DNA of 64,000 nucleotides from Longimicrobiales bacterium (lineage in GTDB: Bacteria; Gemmatimonadota; Gemmatimonadetes; Longimicrobiales; Gaopeijiaceae), in NCBI GenBank assembly GCA_965202985.1, contig CBDBCF010000002.1:864001-928000 (forward strand). Reading direction: 5' to 3'. The notes beneath the pieces were generated by a model, which saw only the letters and a program-made list of their open reading frames with translations, did no database searches and had not been told where the DNA came from. How positions within the stretch are numbered: the first letter of the stretch is position 1; each line of letters opens with the position of its first letter. Made by a program: the position numbers and the translations under genes. Positions 10,601 to 19,625 of the stretch are shown piece by piece.

Positions 10601-13600
10601 GCGGTCCGTCGCACGGACCTCGAGCGCCCAGCTTTCCGGGCCCGTCTCCGCGTCCTCGCCTTCGCCCACGTACCGCACCTCGCCCGTAACAGCGTCCACC
10701 TCGAACCGCTCTTGGTCACCTTCGGCCAAGCTGTACGTCGGCGGGTCGTCCCGGTCCGGGTCCGTCGCTCGAACGACGCCCAGAACCAACGGTCCCGCAG
10801 CGTTCTCCGCCAGTTCGAACGCATAAGCGCTGTCCGCGAACGCGGGCGGCTCGTTCACGTCCGCAACCACCACCGTCGCCGTCGTCCGCGCCGTACGGCC
10901 TACCAGGTCCGTCGCCGTCGCCTCCAAACGCCACATGCCCACGCTCGTCTCGTAGTCCTCGCCTCCGCCCACATACCGCAACTCGCCCGTGCCAGCGTCC
11001 AGCTCGAACCGGTCGGCGTCGCCCGCCACCAGCGCGTACGTCAGCGTGTCGCCCTCGTCCAAATCCACAGCCTCCATCACCCCCAGAACCAAGGGACCCG
11101 CAACGTCCTCCGCCAGCTCGAACGCCCAACCGTCCTCGACGAACGACGGCGCCTCGTCGTTCTCGTTCACGACCTTCACCGTCACCTTCGCCGTCGTCTC
11201 GAGCTGCTCGCTTTCGCCCACGCCGCCCGTCACCGCCACCACCAGCATCACGTACTCCGAACGCTGCTCCGCGTCCTCGCCTCCGCCAACGTAAGTCACC
11301 AATCCGCTCGACACGTCCACCTCGAACAGCCCCTCGCCTCCGCTCTCCAACCCGTAGCGCATCTCGGCGCCCAACGGACTCGTCGCGACCACCTCGCCCA
11401 CCGGCAGCGGGCCCGCAACGTTCTCCGCCAACTCGAACTCGTACTCCAACCGACCGAACACCGGGTCCAGGCTGCCCGCGCCGTTCACCGCGTGGTCCGT
11501 CAAGTCCGTCACCGCGTGCGCGCCCAGGTCCAGCGCCGCGAGCGTCGTGCCGCCCGCGATCCGCAGCGCGCCCGCAGCCTCCGCCAGCGCGTCCGCCGGG
11601 ATGCTGATCCCGTCCGGGTCCCGGTCCGCCGGACGGACCACGTACTCGAACGCCAGCACCGCAGTGCCCGAGCCCGACACGTAGACCGCGTGCCGCGTCG
11701 TCCCGCCCACGTCGAGCGCCAGCCGCGCCGCAGCCGTGTTCGCAGCCGTCGCGGCCGTCATCGACGCCGCCAGCGCCGGCGACGACGACGCGCCCGCCAC
11801 ATCGACCGGCCGGCTGAACGTCACCTCGACACGGATCACGCCGCCCGCGCCGTACAGTCCCGTCGCCACCGGCTCGCTCGTCACCGCCACGCCCACCACC
11901 ACCGGCGCGACCTCGACCGTGCCGTCCACCTTGTCGTTCGCCGCAGCCGCGATCGCATGCGCGCCCAGCGCCAGCGTCGCCGGACGAACGCCGTCCGCCG
12001 TGTTCACGATCGCACCGCCGTTCAGCGTCAGCGCAGCAGCCGCAACGCCGACGCCGTCCGCGTCCGCGTCCACGCCGCCCGTACCGCTGCCGCCGCTGCC
12101 CGGGCCCTGCACACGGTACGCGAACGACAGCGTCGCCGTGCCGCTGCCGCCCGCGTAGCTCGCCTGACGCGCAACCGTCCCCACCGTCAGCGCCAGCTGC
12201 GGCGCGCCCGTCACCGTCACCGCACGGTCGAACGTCACCTGAACCTCGATCCGTTCGCCCAGCCCGTAGGTGTCCCCGCTCTCCGGCGCGCTCGACACCG
12301 CTACGCCCGTCACCGACGCGCCCGCCAACGTGCCGTCCACCTTGTGGCCCGCAGCCGCGCTCAACGCATGGCTGCCCAGCCCCAACGCCGCCGCCGTCGT
12401 GCCGTCGCGGGCATCCGCGATCGCGCCGCTGTTCAGCGCCAGCGCGCTCGCGCCGACCTCGATCCCGTCCGCGTCCGCGTCCGCAGCCACCACCGTGTAG
12501 CGGAACGTCAGCGCCCGCGTGCCCGTCCCGCTCGCGTAGTCCGCCTGCCGCGTCTGCGCGCCCACCGTCAGCGCCACCCGAGGCGTCCCCGTCACCGCCA
12601 CCCGACGGTTGAACGTCACCTGCACCTCGATCGACTCGTCCCGGCCGTACGTCGTCGCCACCGCAGGCGAACTCGTCAGCGACACGCCCGACACCGACGC
12701 CGCCGTGAACGTCCCGCCCGCAACCTTGTGGCCCGCGCTGTTCGTCACCGCGTGCGTCCCCAGCCCCAGAACCGCGTCCACCGTGCCGCCCGCCACGTCG
12801 ATCGTACCGCCGTTCAGCGCCAGCGCGCTCGCCGCGATGCTGATGCCGTCCGCGTCCGCGTCCGCCGTCACCACCACGTACCGGAACACCAGCGACGCCG
12901 TGCCCGTGCCCGAAGCGTACGACGCCTGCTTCGTTGTGCTGCCGATCCCCAACGCCAGCTGCGGCGTGCCCGTCACGTCCACCGCCTTGTTGAACACGAC
13001 CGTCGCAACCACCGTGTCGCCTCGCTCGAACGTGTCGCCGATCGGCGGCGACGCGATCGACACGCCGCTCACGCCCGGCGGGCCCTGAGTGCCGTCCACC
13101 CGATGGCTGCCCGCGTTCGATATCGCATGGCCGCCCAACCCCAGGCTCGCAGCCTCGTTCGCGTCGCGAGCGTCCACGATCGTCCCCCCGTTCAGCGACA
13201 ACGCGCTCGCGCCGATGCCGATCCCGTTCCCGTCCGCGTCCGCTGCAACCACCGTGTACGCGAACGACAGCACGCGGCCGCCCGTCGTCGTCACGTACGA
13301 CGCCTGACGCGTCTGCGTACCGATCGTCAGCGCCAACTCGGGCGAGCCCGTCACCGTCACGTTGCGGTCGAACGTCACCTCCACCTCGATCTCCTCGCTC
13401 AACCCGTACGTGCCCCCGCCCGCCGGACTGCTCGAAATCGTTACGCCCGACACCGACGCCGCCGTGAACGTGCCGCCAGCTACGCGCAGTGCGCCGTCGT
13501 TGCCGATCGCATGATGCGCCAGGCTCAGCAATGCGTCCGTCGTACCCCCCGCCACGTCGATCGTACCGCTGTTCAGCGCCAACGCGCTCGCGCCCACGCT

Positions 13601-16600
13601 CAACCCGTCCGCGTCCGCGTCCGCAGTCACCACCACGTACCGGAACACCAACGCCGCCGTGCCCGTCCCCGACGCATACGCCGCCTGCCGCGTCTGCCCG
13701 CCGATCCCCAGCGCCAGCTGCGGCGTGCCCGTCACGTCCACCGCCTTGTTGAACGTCACCGTCGCAACCACCGTGTCGCCACGCTCGAACGTGCCGCCCG
13801 GCGGCGGCGCCACCGTCAGGCCCGTCACGCCCGGCGGACCCAGCCCGCCGTTCACCTTGTGCGAAGCGTCGTTCGTCACCGCGCTCGAACCCAGCCCTAG
13901 CGACGCGGCAGCAGCGCCCGGACGCACGTCGGCGATCGCGCCGCCGTTCAGCACGAGCGCGCTCGCTGCGATGCTCAGCCCGTCCGCGTCCGCGTCCGAA
14001 GGACGGACCGCGTACCCGAACACCAGCGTGTCCGCCTTGCTCGTCGCCGACTCGTAGCTCGCCTGACGAGTGACCGTCCCGATCGTCAGCGCCAGCCGCG
14101 GCGTGCCCGTCACTGCCACCGGTCGGTCGAACGCCACCTTCACATCGATCGACTCGCCCAGCTGGTACGTCTGACCGCTCGCCGGAGCGCTCGATATCGT
14201 CACCGCGCTCACAGCCGGCACCGTGAACGTACTGCCAGACACCTTGTGGCCCCCGCTGTTCGTCACCGCGCTCGCGCCCAGCCCCAACGTCGCGTCCAGC
14301 GTCCCGCCCGACAGCCGGATCGTACCGCCGCTCAAGGTCAGCGCGCTCCCGCCGATGCTCAATCCGTCCGCGTCCGCGTCGCCGCTCGCCACCACGTAAC
14401 GGAACACCAGCCCCGTCGTGCCCGAACCGCTCGCGTAGCTCGCCTGCCTCGTCGCGCTCCCGATCGTCAGCGCCAGCCGCGGCGTGCCCGTCACGTCCAC
14501 CGGGCGGTTGAACTCCAGCTCGACCTCGATCGTCTCGCCACGCTCGAACACGTCGCCCACAACAGGCGAACCGATCGCCAGTCCCGTCACGCCCGGCGGT
14601 CCCACGCTCCCGTCCACCTTGTGCGCAGCAGCGTTCGATATCGCGTGCGTGCCCAGTCCCAACGTCGCCGCCGCCGTGCCGCCCGAAAGCACGATCGTTC
14701 CGCCGTTCAGAGCCAACGCGCTCGCTGCGATGCCGATCCCCGTCGAGTCAGCGTCCGCCGCAACCACCACGTAGCGGAACACCAGCGTCCGCGTACCGCT
14801 CCCGCGCGCGTAGCCCGCCTGACGCGTCAGCGTGTCGATCGACAACGCCAGCTGCGGCGTACCCGTCACCACCACCAAACGCTCGAACTCCACCTCCACC
14901 TCGATCGCCTCCGTGCGTCCGTACGTGCTGTCGCTCGCCGGCGCGCTCGATATCGCCACGCCGCTCACCCCAGGCGCCACCTCCTTCGTCCCGTCCACCT
15001 GGTACGCCACCGCGTCCGCGAAGTTCCACGGAACCAACGACAGCCGAGCGTCCGTCGCCGTCCCCGTCGCTCGAATCGTCGCGCCGCCCGGCAGCGTCAG
15101 AGCGTTCGCTCCGATGCTGATCCCCGTCGAGTCCGCGTCCGCCGCAACCACCGTGTAGCAGAACACCAAGATGACGCCGCCCGACGTGTCGCACAGCGCA
15201 GCGCTCCGCGTCTGCGCACCGATCCCCAAAGCCAGCCGCGGCGTGCCTGTCGCCGTCACGCCCGCGTTGAACCCCACCCCCACCCGAATCTGGTCGCCCA
15301 GTCCGAACACGCTGTCCGTGCTCGCGTAAGAAATCCCGCTGTTCGCCGCCGACATGAAGAACGCGCTCGTCACGTACGGTACGGCGCCCGAAACCTTGTG
15401 CGCCGATGCGTTCGAAAACACGTGCGACCCCAACGCCAGGTCCGCCGCGTCCGACCAGAGCCGACCGTCCACAAGCGTGTCCGCCGCGCTCACCGCCAAA
15501 GCGCCCGCACCCACGCTGATCCCGTCCGCGTCCGCGTCCGTCGCCTGTACCACGTACCGAAACGTCACACGCTTGAACGTCGCGTCCCTGCGGTTGTACT
15601 CCGCCTGACGCGTCGAGTCGCCGACCTCCAACGCCAGACGCGGCGTCCCCCCAACGTACACGCCCCGCACGAACTCCACCTCCACCTCGATCGCCTCGCC
15701 CCCCAAGTACGTGTCGCCCACCGCCGGACTGCTCGTTATCCTCAACCCCTTCACCACCGGCGTCGTCCGCGTGTTGCCCGCCACCTTGTGCGCAGCACTG
15801 TTCGCGATCGCATGGCCGCTCAGGCCCAACACCGCGTCCGTCGTCGTGCCCATCCGCCGGATCGTACCCCCGGACGGAGTCTCCAATGCGCTCGCGCCGA
15901 TGCTGATCCCGTCCGCGTCCGCATCCGTCTGGAACACTGTGTACTCGAACTCCAACGACGTCGTACCCGAACCCCTCTCGTACCACGCGTTCCGCAAGCT
16001 CGAGCCGATCCCGAGCCGAACCCGCGGCCTGTTTGCGCCCGTGCCCGTCACCGTCACCGCAGCGTTGAACTCCACCGTCACGACCACCACGTCGCTCAAC
16101 TCGAACGTGCTGTCCGTCGGAGCATCGCCAATCGACACCCCCGTCACCACCGGACGGTCGCCCGCAACCTTGTGCGCCCCAGCGTTCGCGATCGCATGAG
16201 TGCCCAGCCCCAGCTCCGCCGTCACCGTCCCGCCCGCCTTGTTGATCGTCCCGCCGTTCAATCCCAACGCGCTCGCTGCGATGCTCAACCCGTCCGCGTC
16301 AGCGTCCGTCGCCGCCACCGTGTAACGGAACGTCAGCGAATCCGTGCCGCTCCCCACCGCGTAGCCCGCCTGCCGCGTCGCCGCCCCGATCCCCAACGCC
16401 ACCTGCGGCGTCCCCACAACGTCCACCGCCTCGCTGAACTTCACCCACACCTCGATCCGATGGCCCACACCGTACGTGCCGTCCGAGCCCGTCACGCTCG
16501 CCAAACCCGCGCCCGCCACCACCGGCACGCCCTGCAAACCGTCCACCTTGTGCGCAGCAGCGTTCGCCACCGCGTGCGCGCCCAGCGACAAGTCCGCCCG

Positions 16601-18160
16601 CGCCGTGCCCCCGACGCGCGTGATCGGAGTCGCGTAGTTCCTGAAAGCGTTCGCCGGGATGCTGATCCCGTCCGCGTCCGCGTCCGCACGCGTCACCGTG
16701 TATCGGAAGAACACGTCGTCCGCGTCCTTCGAGTACCAGCCCGCCGCCCGAACGTTGTCCCCGATCTCCAGGTTCAGCGTCATGTTGCCCAGAAAGTTCG
16801 GCGTCACCACCGGACGGTCGAACTGAACCCGCACGTTGATGTTGTCCCCCGCAGCGTACGTCGAGTCCGTGCCCGCGCCGCTCAAGAACGTCACCGCCGA
16901 TATCCTCGGCACGATCAGCCCGCCGTTCACCTTGTGCGCACCAGCGTTTGCGACAGCGTGACTGCCGAGCGACAACGTCGCGTCCACCGTCGTGCCCGCG
17001 TTCCTGATCGTCGCCCCGGACGGAACCGACAGCGCGCTCGCGCCGATGCTCAGTCCGTTCGCGTCCACGTCCGCCGCCACCACAGCGTACTCGAACAACA
17101 GCGAGTCCGTGCCCGTCCCGCTCGCGTAGGACGCCTGCCTGGTCTGCGTGCCGATCCCTAAAGCCAGCTGCGGCGTCCCCGTCACGTCCACGTTCCCGCT
17201 GAACACCACTGCCACACGAATCCGCTCCGGCCGCCCGTAAGTGCTGTCCGCAGCGATCGGCGTGCTCGCGACGGCCACCCCGGTCACCGTCCGCCTCGCC
17301 GTCCCCCCTTGCACCTTGTGGGCCGCGGAGTTCGCGACCGTGTGGCCGCTCAGGCTCAGGATCGCGTTCTTCGTCCCCAGCCGGATCGTCCCGCTGTTCA
17401 GCGACAACGCGCTCGCGCCGATGCTGATCCCGTCCGCGTCCACGTCCGACGACGCCACCACGTACCGGAACACCAGCGACGCCGAACCCGTCCCGCTCGC
17501 GTAGTTCGCCTGCCGCGTCGCCGCACCGATCCACAGCGCCAGCTGCGGGGTGCCCGTCACCGCCACCGTCGAGTCGAACGTCACCGTCACCGCAATCGTC
17601 TCGCCAGCATAGTACGTGCTGTCGACGCCCGCGCTGCTGGATATCGTCACCCCCGTCGCCTTGGGATACCCCTGGGCGCCGTCCACCTTGTGCGAAGCTG
17701 CGTTCGTGATCGTCTTGCCCGTCAAGTTCTCGTTGATTCGTAGACCACTGACGCCACCGTCCAGATCGTTAGGACCCATCTGGGTGACGCTGATCCCGTC
17801 CGCGTCCACGTCCGACGTCTGCACAAGGTACCAATACTCTATCCAGCTGAACCCATTGCTGTATCCTGGAAGTGGGGTGTTTGCGGCGAACGTTCCGGTT
17901 CCAGTCCTCGCCTGTGCGTGCCTGGTCGTCGTCCCGATCGTCATATGCACGGACGCACCGTCGGTTTGGGCAAAGTCCACACCGGCACTGAAGTACGCCC
18001 TGATCTTGATGGTGTCGCCCGCCGCGTACGTGTTGTCCGAACCCGCCGAGCTGACGATCTTGAGACTGTCCACGCTTTGGGCGCTCAGCGGCGCCGGCGC
18101 CGCGATCCCGAACGCCGCCAGCAGGCCGAGGGCCGCGAGCGCGGTTCTCGCTGCCGGCAT
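7673..18160 (-). CDS. Giant repeat-rich surface adhesin with autotransporter-type C-terminus (~3,495 aa from ATG 18160; frame open to 18409)
   Basis: Signal peptide MPAARTALAALGLLAAFGIAAPAPLSA-Q; 17 tandem ~130-aa beta-rich repeats; 5 cadherin-like domains; one Ig-like domain (YFRDPDGD); C-terminal barrel-like region (GWTVWGQ, YLGLDYR, LYPYLHW) ending IAFE. Confidence 0.85.
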   Translation of the reverse strand: MPAARTALAALGLLAAFGIAAPAPLSAQSVDSLKIVSSAGSDNTYAAGDTIKIRAYFSAGVDFAQTDGASVHMTIGTTTRHAQARTGTGTFAANTPLPGYSNGFSWIEYWYLVQTSDVDADGISVTQMGPNDLDGGVSGLRINENLTGKTITNAASHKVDGAQGYPKATGVTISSSAGVDSTYYAGETIAVTVTFDSTVAVTGTPQLALWIGAATRQANYASGTGSASLVFRYVVASSDVDADGISIGASALSLNSGTIRLGTKNAILSLSGHTVANSAAHKVQGGTARRTVTGVAVASTPIAADSTYGRPERIRVAVVFSGNVDVTGTPQLALGIGTQTRQASYASGTGTDSLLFEYAVVAADVDANGLSIGASALSVPSGATIRNAGTTVDATLSLGSHAVANAGAHKVNGGLIVPRISAVTFLSGAGTDSTYAAGDNINVRVQFDRPVVTPNFLGNMTLNLEIGDNVRAAGWYSKDADDVFFRYTVTRADADADGISIPANAFRNYATPITRVGGTARADLSLGAHAVANAAAHKVDGLQGVPVVAGAGLASVTGSDGTYGVGHRIEVWVKFSEAVDVVGTPQVALGIGAATRQAGYAVGSGTDSLTFRYTVAATDADADGLSIAASALGLNGGTINKAGGTVTAELGLGTHAIANAGAHKVAGDRPVVTGVSIGDAPTDSTFELSDVVVVTVEFNAAVTVTGTGANRPRVRLGIGSSLRNAWYERGSGTTSLEFEYTVFQTDADADGISIGASALETPSGGTIRRMGTTTDAVLGLSGHAIANSAAHKVAGNTRTTPVVKGLRITSSPAVGDTYLGGEAIEVEVEFVRGVYVGGTPRLALEVGDSTRQAEYNRRDATFKRVTFRYVVQATDADADGISVGAGALAVSAADTLVDGRLWSDAADLALGSHVFSNASAHKVSGAVPYVTSAFFMSAANSGISYASTDSVFGLGDQIRVGVGFNAGVTATGTPRLALGIGAQTRSAALCDTSGGVILVFCYTVVAADADSTGISIGANALTLPGGATIRATGTATDARLSLVPWNFADAVAYQVDGTKEVAPGVSGVAISSAPASDSTYGRTEAIEVEVEFERLVVVTGTPQLALSIDTLTRQAGYARGSGTRTLVFRYVVVAADADSTGIGIAASALALNGGTIVLSGGTAAATLGLGTHAISNAAAHKVDGSVGPPGVTGLAIGSPVVGDVFERGETIEVELEFNRPVDVTGTPRLALTIGSATRQASYASGSGTTGLVFRYVVASGDADADGLSIGGSALTLSGGTIRLSGGTLDATLGLGASAVTNSGGHKVSGSTFTVPAVSAVTISSAPASGQTYQLGESIDVKVAFDRPVAVTGTPRLALTIGTVTRQASYESATSKADTLVFGYAVRPSDADADGLSIAASALVLNGGAIADVRPGAAAASLGLGSSAVTNDASHKVNGGLGPPGVTGLTVAPPPGGTFERGDTVVATVTFNKAVDVTGTPQLALGIGGQTRQAAYASGTGTAALVFRYVVVTADADADGLSVGASALALNSGTIDVAGGTTDALLSLAHHAIGNDGALRVAGGTFTAASVSGVTISSSPAGGGTYGLSEEIEVEVTFDRNVTVTGSPELALTIGTQTRQASYVTTTGGRVLSFAYTVVAADADGNGIGIGASALSLNGGTIVDARDANEAASLGLGGHAISNAGSHRVDGTQGPPGVSGVSIASPPIGDTFERGDTVVATVVFNKAVDVTGTPQLALGIGSTTKQASYASGTGTASLVFRYVVVTADADADGISIAASALALNGGTIDVAGGTVDAVLGLGTHAVTNSAGHKVAGGTFTAASVSGVSLTSSPAVATTYGRDESIEVQVTFNRRVAVTGTPRVALTVGAQTRQADYASGTGTRALTFRYTVVAADADADGIEVGASALALNSGAIADARDGTTAAALGLGSHALSAAAGHKVDGTLAGASVTGVAVSSAPESGDTYGLGERIEVQVTFDRAVTVTGAPQLALTVGTVARQASYAGGSGTATLSFAYRVQGPGSGGSGTGGVDADADGVGVAAAALTLNGGAIVNTADGVRPATLALGAHAIAAAANDKVDGTVEVAPVVVGVAVTSEPVATGLYGAGGVIRVEVTFSRPVDVAGASSSPALAASMTAATAANTAAARLALDVGGTTRHAVYVSGSGTAVLAFEYVVRPADRDPDGISIPADALAEAAGALRIAGGTTLAALDLGAHAVTDLTDHAVNGAGSLDPVFGRLEYEFELAENVAGPLPVGEVVATSPLGAEMRYGLESGGEGLFEVDVSSGLVTYVGGGEDAEQRSEYVMLVVAVTGGVGESEQLETTAKVTVKVVNENDEAPSFVEDGWAFELAEDVAGPLVLGVMEAVDLDEGDTLTYALVAGDADRFELDAGTGELRYVGGGEDYETSVGMWRLEATATDLVGRTARTTATVVVADVNEPPAFADSAYAFELAENAAGPLVLGVVRATDPDRDDPPTYSLAEGDQERFEVDAVTGEVRYVGEGEDAETGPESWALEVRATDRGGIAASARVTVALLDRNEAPVFAAERYEWEFEENVAGPLVLGMVEAADPDRADTLVYSLSGEGAALFEVDAVTGEVRYAGAGEDYEAGPASWEFEVVATDGEGLAARVAATVALLDVNEAPSFADSAYAFELAENAAGPLTLGLVEATDPDRGDAPAYSLAEGDAARFEMDAGTGEVRYVGSGEDYEAGPPAFALMVRATDAGGLTAEAAVTVTLLDVNEGPEAVGAMSPKTLEAYGDAVEEELGQYFRDPDGDALAYAVESSSPAVAAATVTGAGRLSIAPQAIGEAVVTVRASDPGGLSAVQQVRVTVEASRSERARALELTLAAFGRSLGTETVDAIGGRLGLGSSGALGRSHMQLGGRSLACGTGGSDAFGAGGFADVANAVHGQADDGQGNAAAGGSGQAAGGGNGDAGGSGHCGLESLVRGATGLLGLQIAHPGSPDAAGGTVDLAALLFGDGRGGAFGQPTAGGAGGMGGSYQGQQQADAERGARADRGGLTFNPVDARGLRSQSSFQLSFGGSAGSAASEAVRSGWTVWGQANLGEFEGRPRDGFAMDGRTRSAYLGLDYRFASGVLMGLAGSRSDMEAGFDSRINGAGSVDARLTSLYPYLHWSSSGGFGVWGLAGAGRGDATLDESAGGRFDTDLEMRMGALGVRQELVGGLALKADAFAVRILSDDVAGLAGVTADAQRVRLAPEIGGQWQLGGGLAMRTRFEVGGRFDGGDAETGMGAEAGAEVGLAHQASGFSVTARGRALLVHQERDFKDWGAGFSLRLQPGGGGEGEGGGLSFSVEPTWGDAGGGARTLWQGGADVWRTAGAGGFGAPGRIARPVGASVPAGTGLAHNPDDPSAQGASAADGTAAAGSPPGLGLPASAGVLAPASAPGWAPDRVAMEVSYGLALPGGAQVKPFGRWSREGPTGHRVNVGTRWSLLGGETTGQEPAAPGLRLMMDLFGEHVASGVQPPERRIGLSGRIAFE
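9935..11470 (-). repeat. Five cadherin-like domains within the adhesin
   Basis: FELAEN, A.DPD, D(Y/A)E and DxNE.P.F calcium-binding motifs repeated five times. Confidence 0.85.
11480..18075 (-). repeat. 17 tandem ~130-aa Ig-like repeats within the adhesin
   Basis: Recurrent V.F...V.VTGTPQLAL.IG..TRQA.YASG.GT..L.F.Y.V...DADADG...LG.HA..N...HKV.G, counted by hand from the translation. Confidence 0.85.
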
Positions 18161-18213
18161 CAGTGCAGACCGAGACCGAGCGCCCGATCCAGGCTGCTGA
18201 CTAAAAACGCCTC

Positions 18214-18235
18214 GGGGGGGGGGGGGGGGGGGGGG
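18214..18235. repeat. Homopolymer G22 (C22 on the adhesin strand)
   Basis: Direct read: ctc-G22-cagtt, 54-75 bp upstream of ATG 18160. Confidence 0.9.
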
Positions 18236-18435
18236 CAGTTGGCCCAGCGACGGGAGCGGGAGCGGATCGACATATGAACTCGACAGAGTGAAGGTTCCAA
18301 GGCGACTGCGACCTTGTGACTGGGATGTCCAGGAGACCGAATCGGCCCCCCGGCTCCCGGCCACGTTTGTCCACCGGGCAAATTGACGAGGGATATCGGC
18401 ACCCGTCAAGCAAGCAAGCCTCCCAGGGAGAGGTT

Positions 18436-19623
18436 CTAGTGGTATGTCGCCGATTGAAGTTGGCTGTTGAGCGAGACGGGGCTATACTGCGGTCGCGAGT
18501 TGGTTTCGGCAAGGATCTCTTGGCACGGAGGGAAGTGATGGCGAGGATGCCTGCGAAGGCGTTGGAGTTGTCGCAGGAGGACCGGGCGATGCTGGAGCGC
18601 TGGCTTCGGGCGGGCAGCACGCCGCAGGACGTGGCGAAGCGCGTCCGGATCGTCCTGCTGGCGGCGGAGGGCGTGGCGAACCAGCGCATCGCGAAGGAGG
18701 CGGGGGTGTCGAAGCCCACGGTTCTGACGTGGCGGAGACGGTTCGAGGCGGAAGGTCCCGATACGGTGTGGAAGATCAGGCCTGGTCGGGGTCGCAAGCG
18801 CAGCATCACGGACGAGACGGTCCGGGCGATCGTCAAGGACACGCTGGAGAACAAGCCGGAGGGGGCGACGCACTGGAGCTTGCGGACGATGGCGAAGCGC
18901 CACGGCGTGAGCCGGAGCACGGTGCAGCGGGTGTGGAAGTCGTACGGGCTGAAGCCGCACCGGACGAAGACGTTCAAGCTGTCGAAGGACCCGAAGTTCG
19001 TGGAGAAGACCGAGGACGTGGTGGGGCTGTACCGCAACCCGCCTAAGGACGGCGTGGTGCTGTGCGTGGACGAGAAGAGCCGGATCCAGGCGCTGGACCG
19101 CACTCGGCCCGGCCTTCCGCTGAAGCGCGGTCGCTGCGGCACGATGACCCACGACTACAAGCGCCACGGCACGACGACCTTGTTCGCGGCGCTGGACCCG
19201 GCACGCGGTCGGGTGGTCGGCATGTGCAGTCCGCGCCACCGCCAGCAGGAGTTCCTGAGGTTCCTCCGCCGCCTGGACGGCGAGTATCCGAAGGGCGTGG
19301 CGCTGCACCTGGTGCTGGACAACTACGGCACCCACAAGACGGCGGCCGTGAAGGCGTGGCTCGCCAAGCATCCCCGCTTCCACCTGCACTTCGTTCCCAC
19401 GAGCGGTTCGTGGCTGAACTTGGTGGAGGCGTGGCTCGCCCAGCTGTCGCAGAAGCGCCTGAGGCGCGGCATGTTCAACAGCGTGAAGGCGCTGAAGGAC
19501 GCGATCATGGAGTTCGTCGAAGTCCACAACCGCAATCCCCGGCCCTACCAGTGGACGACCTCCGCAGACGACATCTTCCAGAAAGTCGCCAAATGTCAGG
19601 CCGTTTTGGCGACATACCACTAG
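18436..19623 (+). mobile_element. IS630-family insertion sequence, apparently intact
   Basis: Perfect 16-bp inverted ends CTAGTGGTATGTCGCC (18436-18451 and 19608-19623), each including CTAG, consistent with TA target duplication. Confidence 0.93.
18538..19623 (+). CDS. IS630 family DDE transposase
   Basis: N-terminal HTH (WRRRF...GRGRK, HWSLRTMA); DDE motifs VDEKS, VLDNYGTH, WLNLVE; THDYKRHGT; stop codon lies inside the right IR. Confidence 0.95.
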   Translation: MARMPAKALELSQEDRAMLERWLRAGSTPQDVAKRVRIVLLAAEGVANQRIAKEAGVSKPTVLTWRRRFEAEGPDTVWKIRPGRGRKRSITDETVRAIVKDTLENKPEGATHWSLRTMAKRHGVSRSTVQRVWKSYGLKPHRTKTFKLSKDPKFVEKTEDVVGLYRNPPKDGVVLCVDEKSRIQALDRTRPGLPLKRGRCGTMTHDYKRHGTTTLFAALDPARGRVVGMCSPRHRQQEFLRFLRRLDGEYPKGVALHLVLDNYGTHKTAAVKAWLAKHPRFHLHFVPTSGSWLNLVEAWLAQLSQKRLRRGMFNSVKALKDAIMEFVEVHNRNPRPYQWTTSADDIFQKVAKCQAVLATYH

Positions 19624-19625
19624 CT

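Noticed and set aside
9935..18075. Repetitive DNA considered as a CRISPR array or DGR template/variable repeat
   Set aside because: Repeats are degenerate, codon-phased protein repeats; no identical repeat-spacer pattern, no adenine-specific mismatch pair seen, no cas or reverse transcriptase gene
18161..18409. TTG 18409 as the adhesin start (3578 aa)
   Set aside because: The extra 83 codons are not signal-like and no RBS is evident; ATG 18160 or a slipped ATG 18273 is more plausible
18316..18537. N-terminal extension of the transposase ORF
   Set aside because: It begins outside the left inverted repeat; ATG 18538 has a GGAGG RBS
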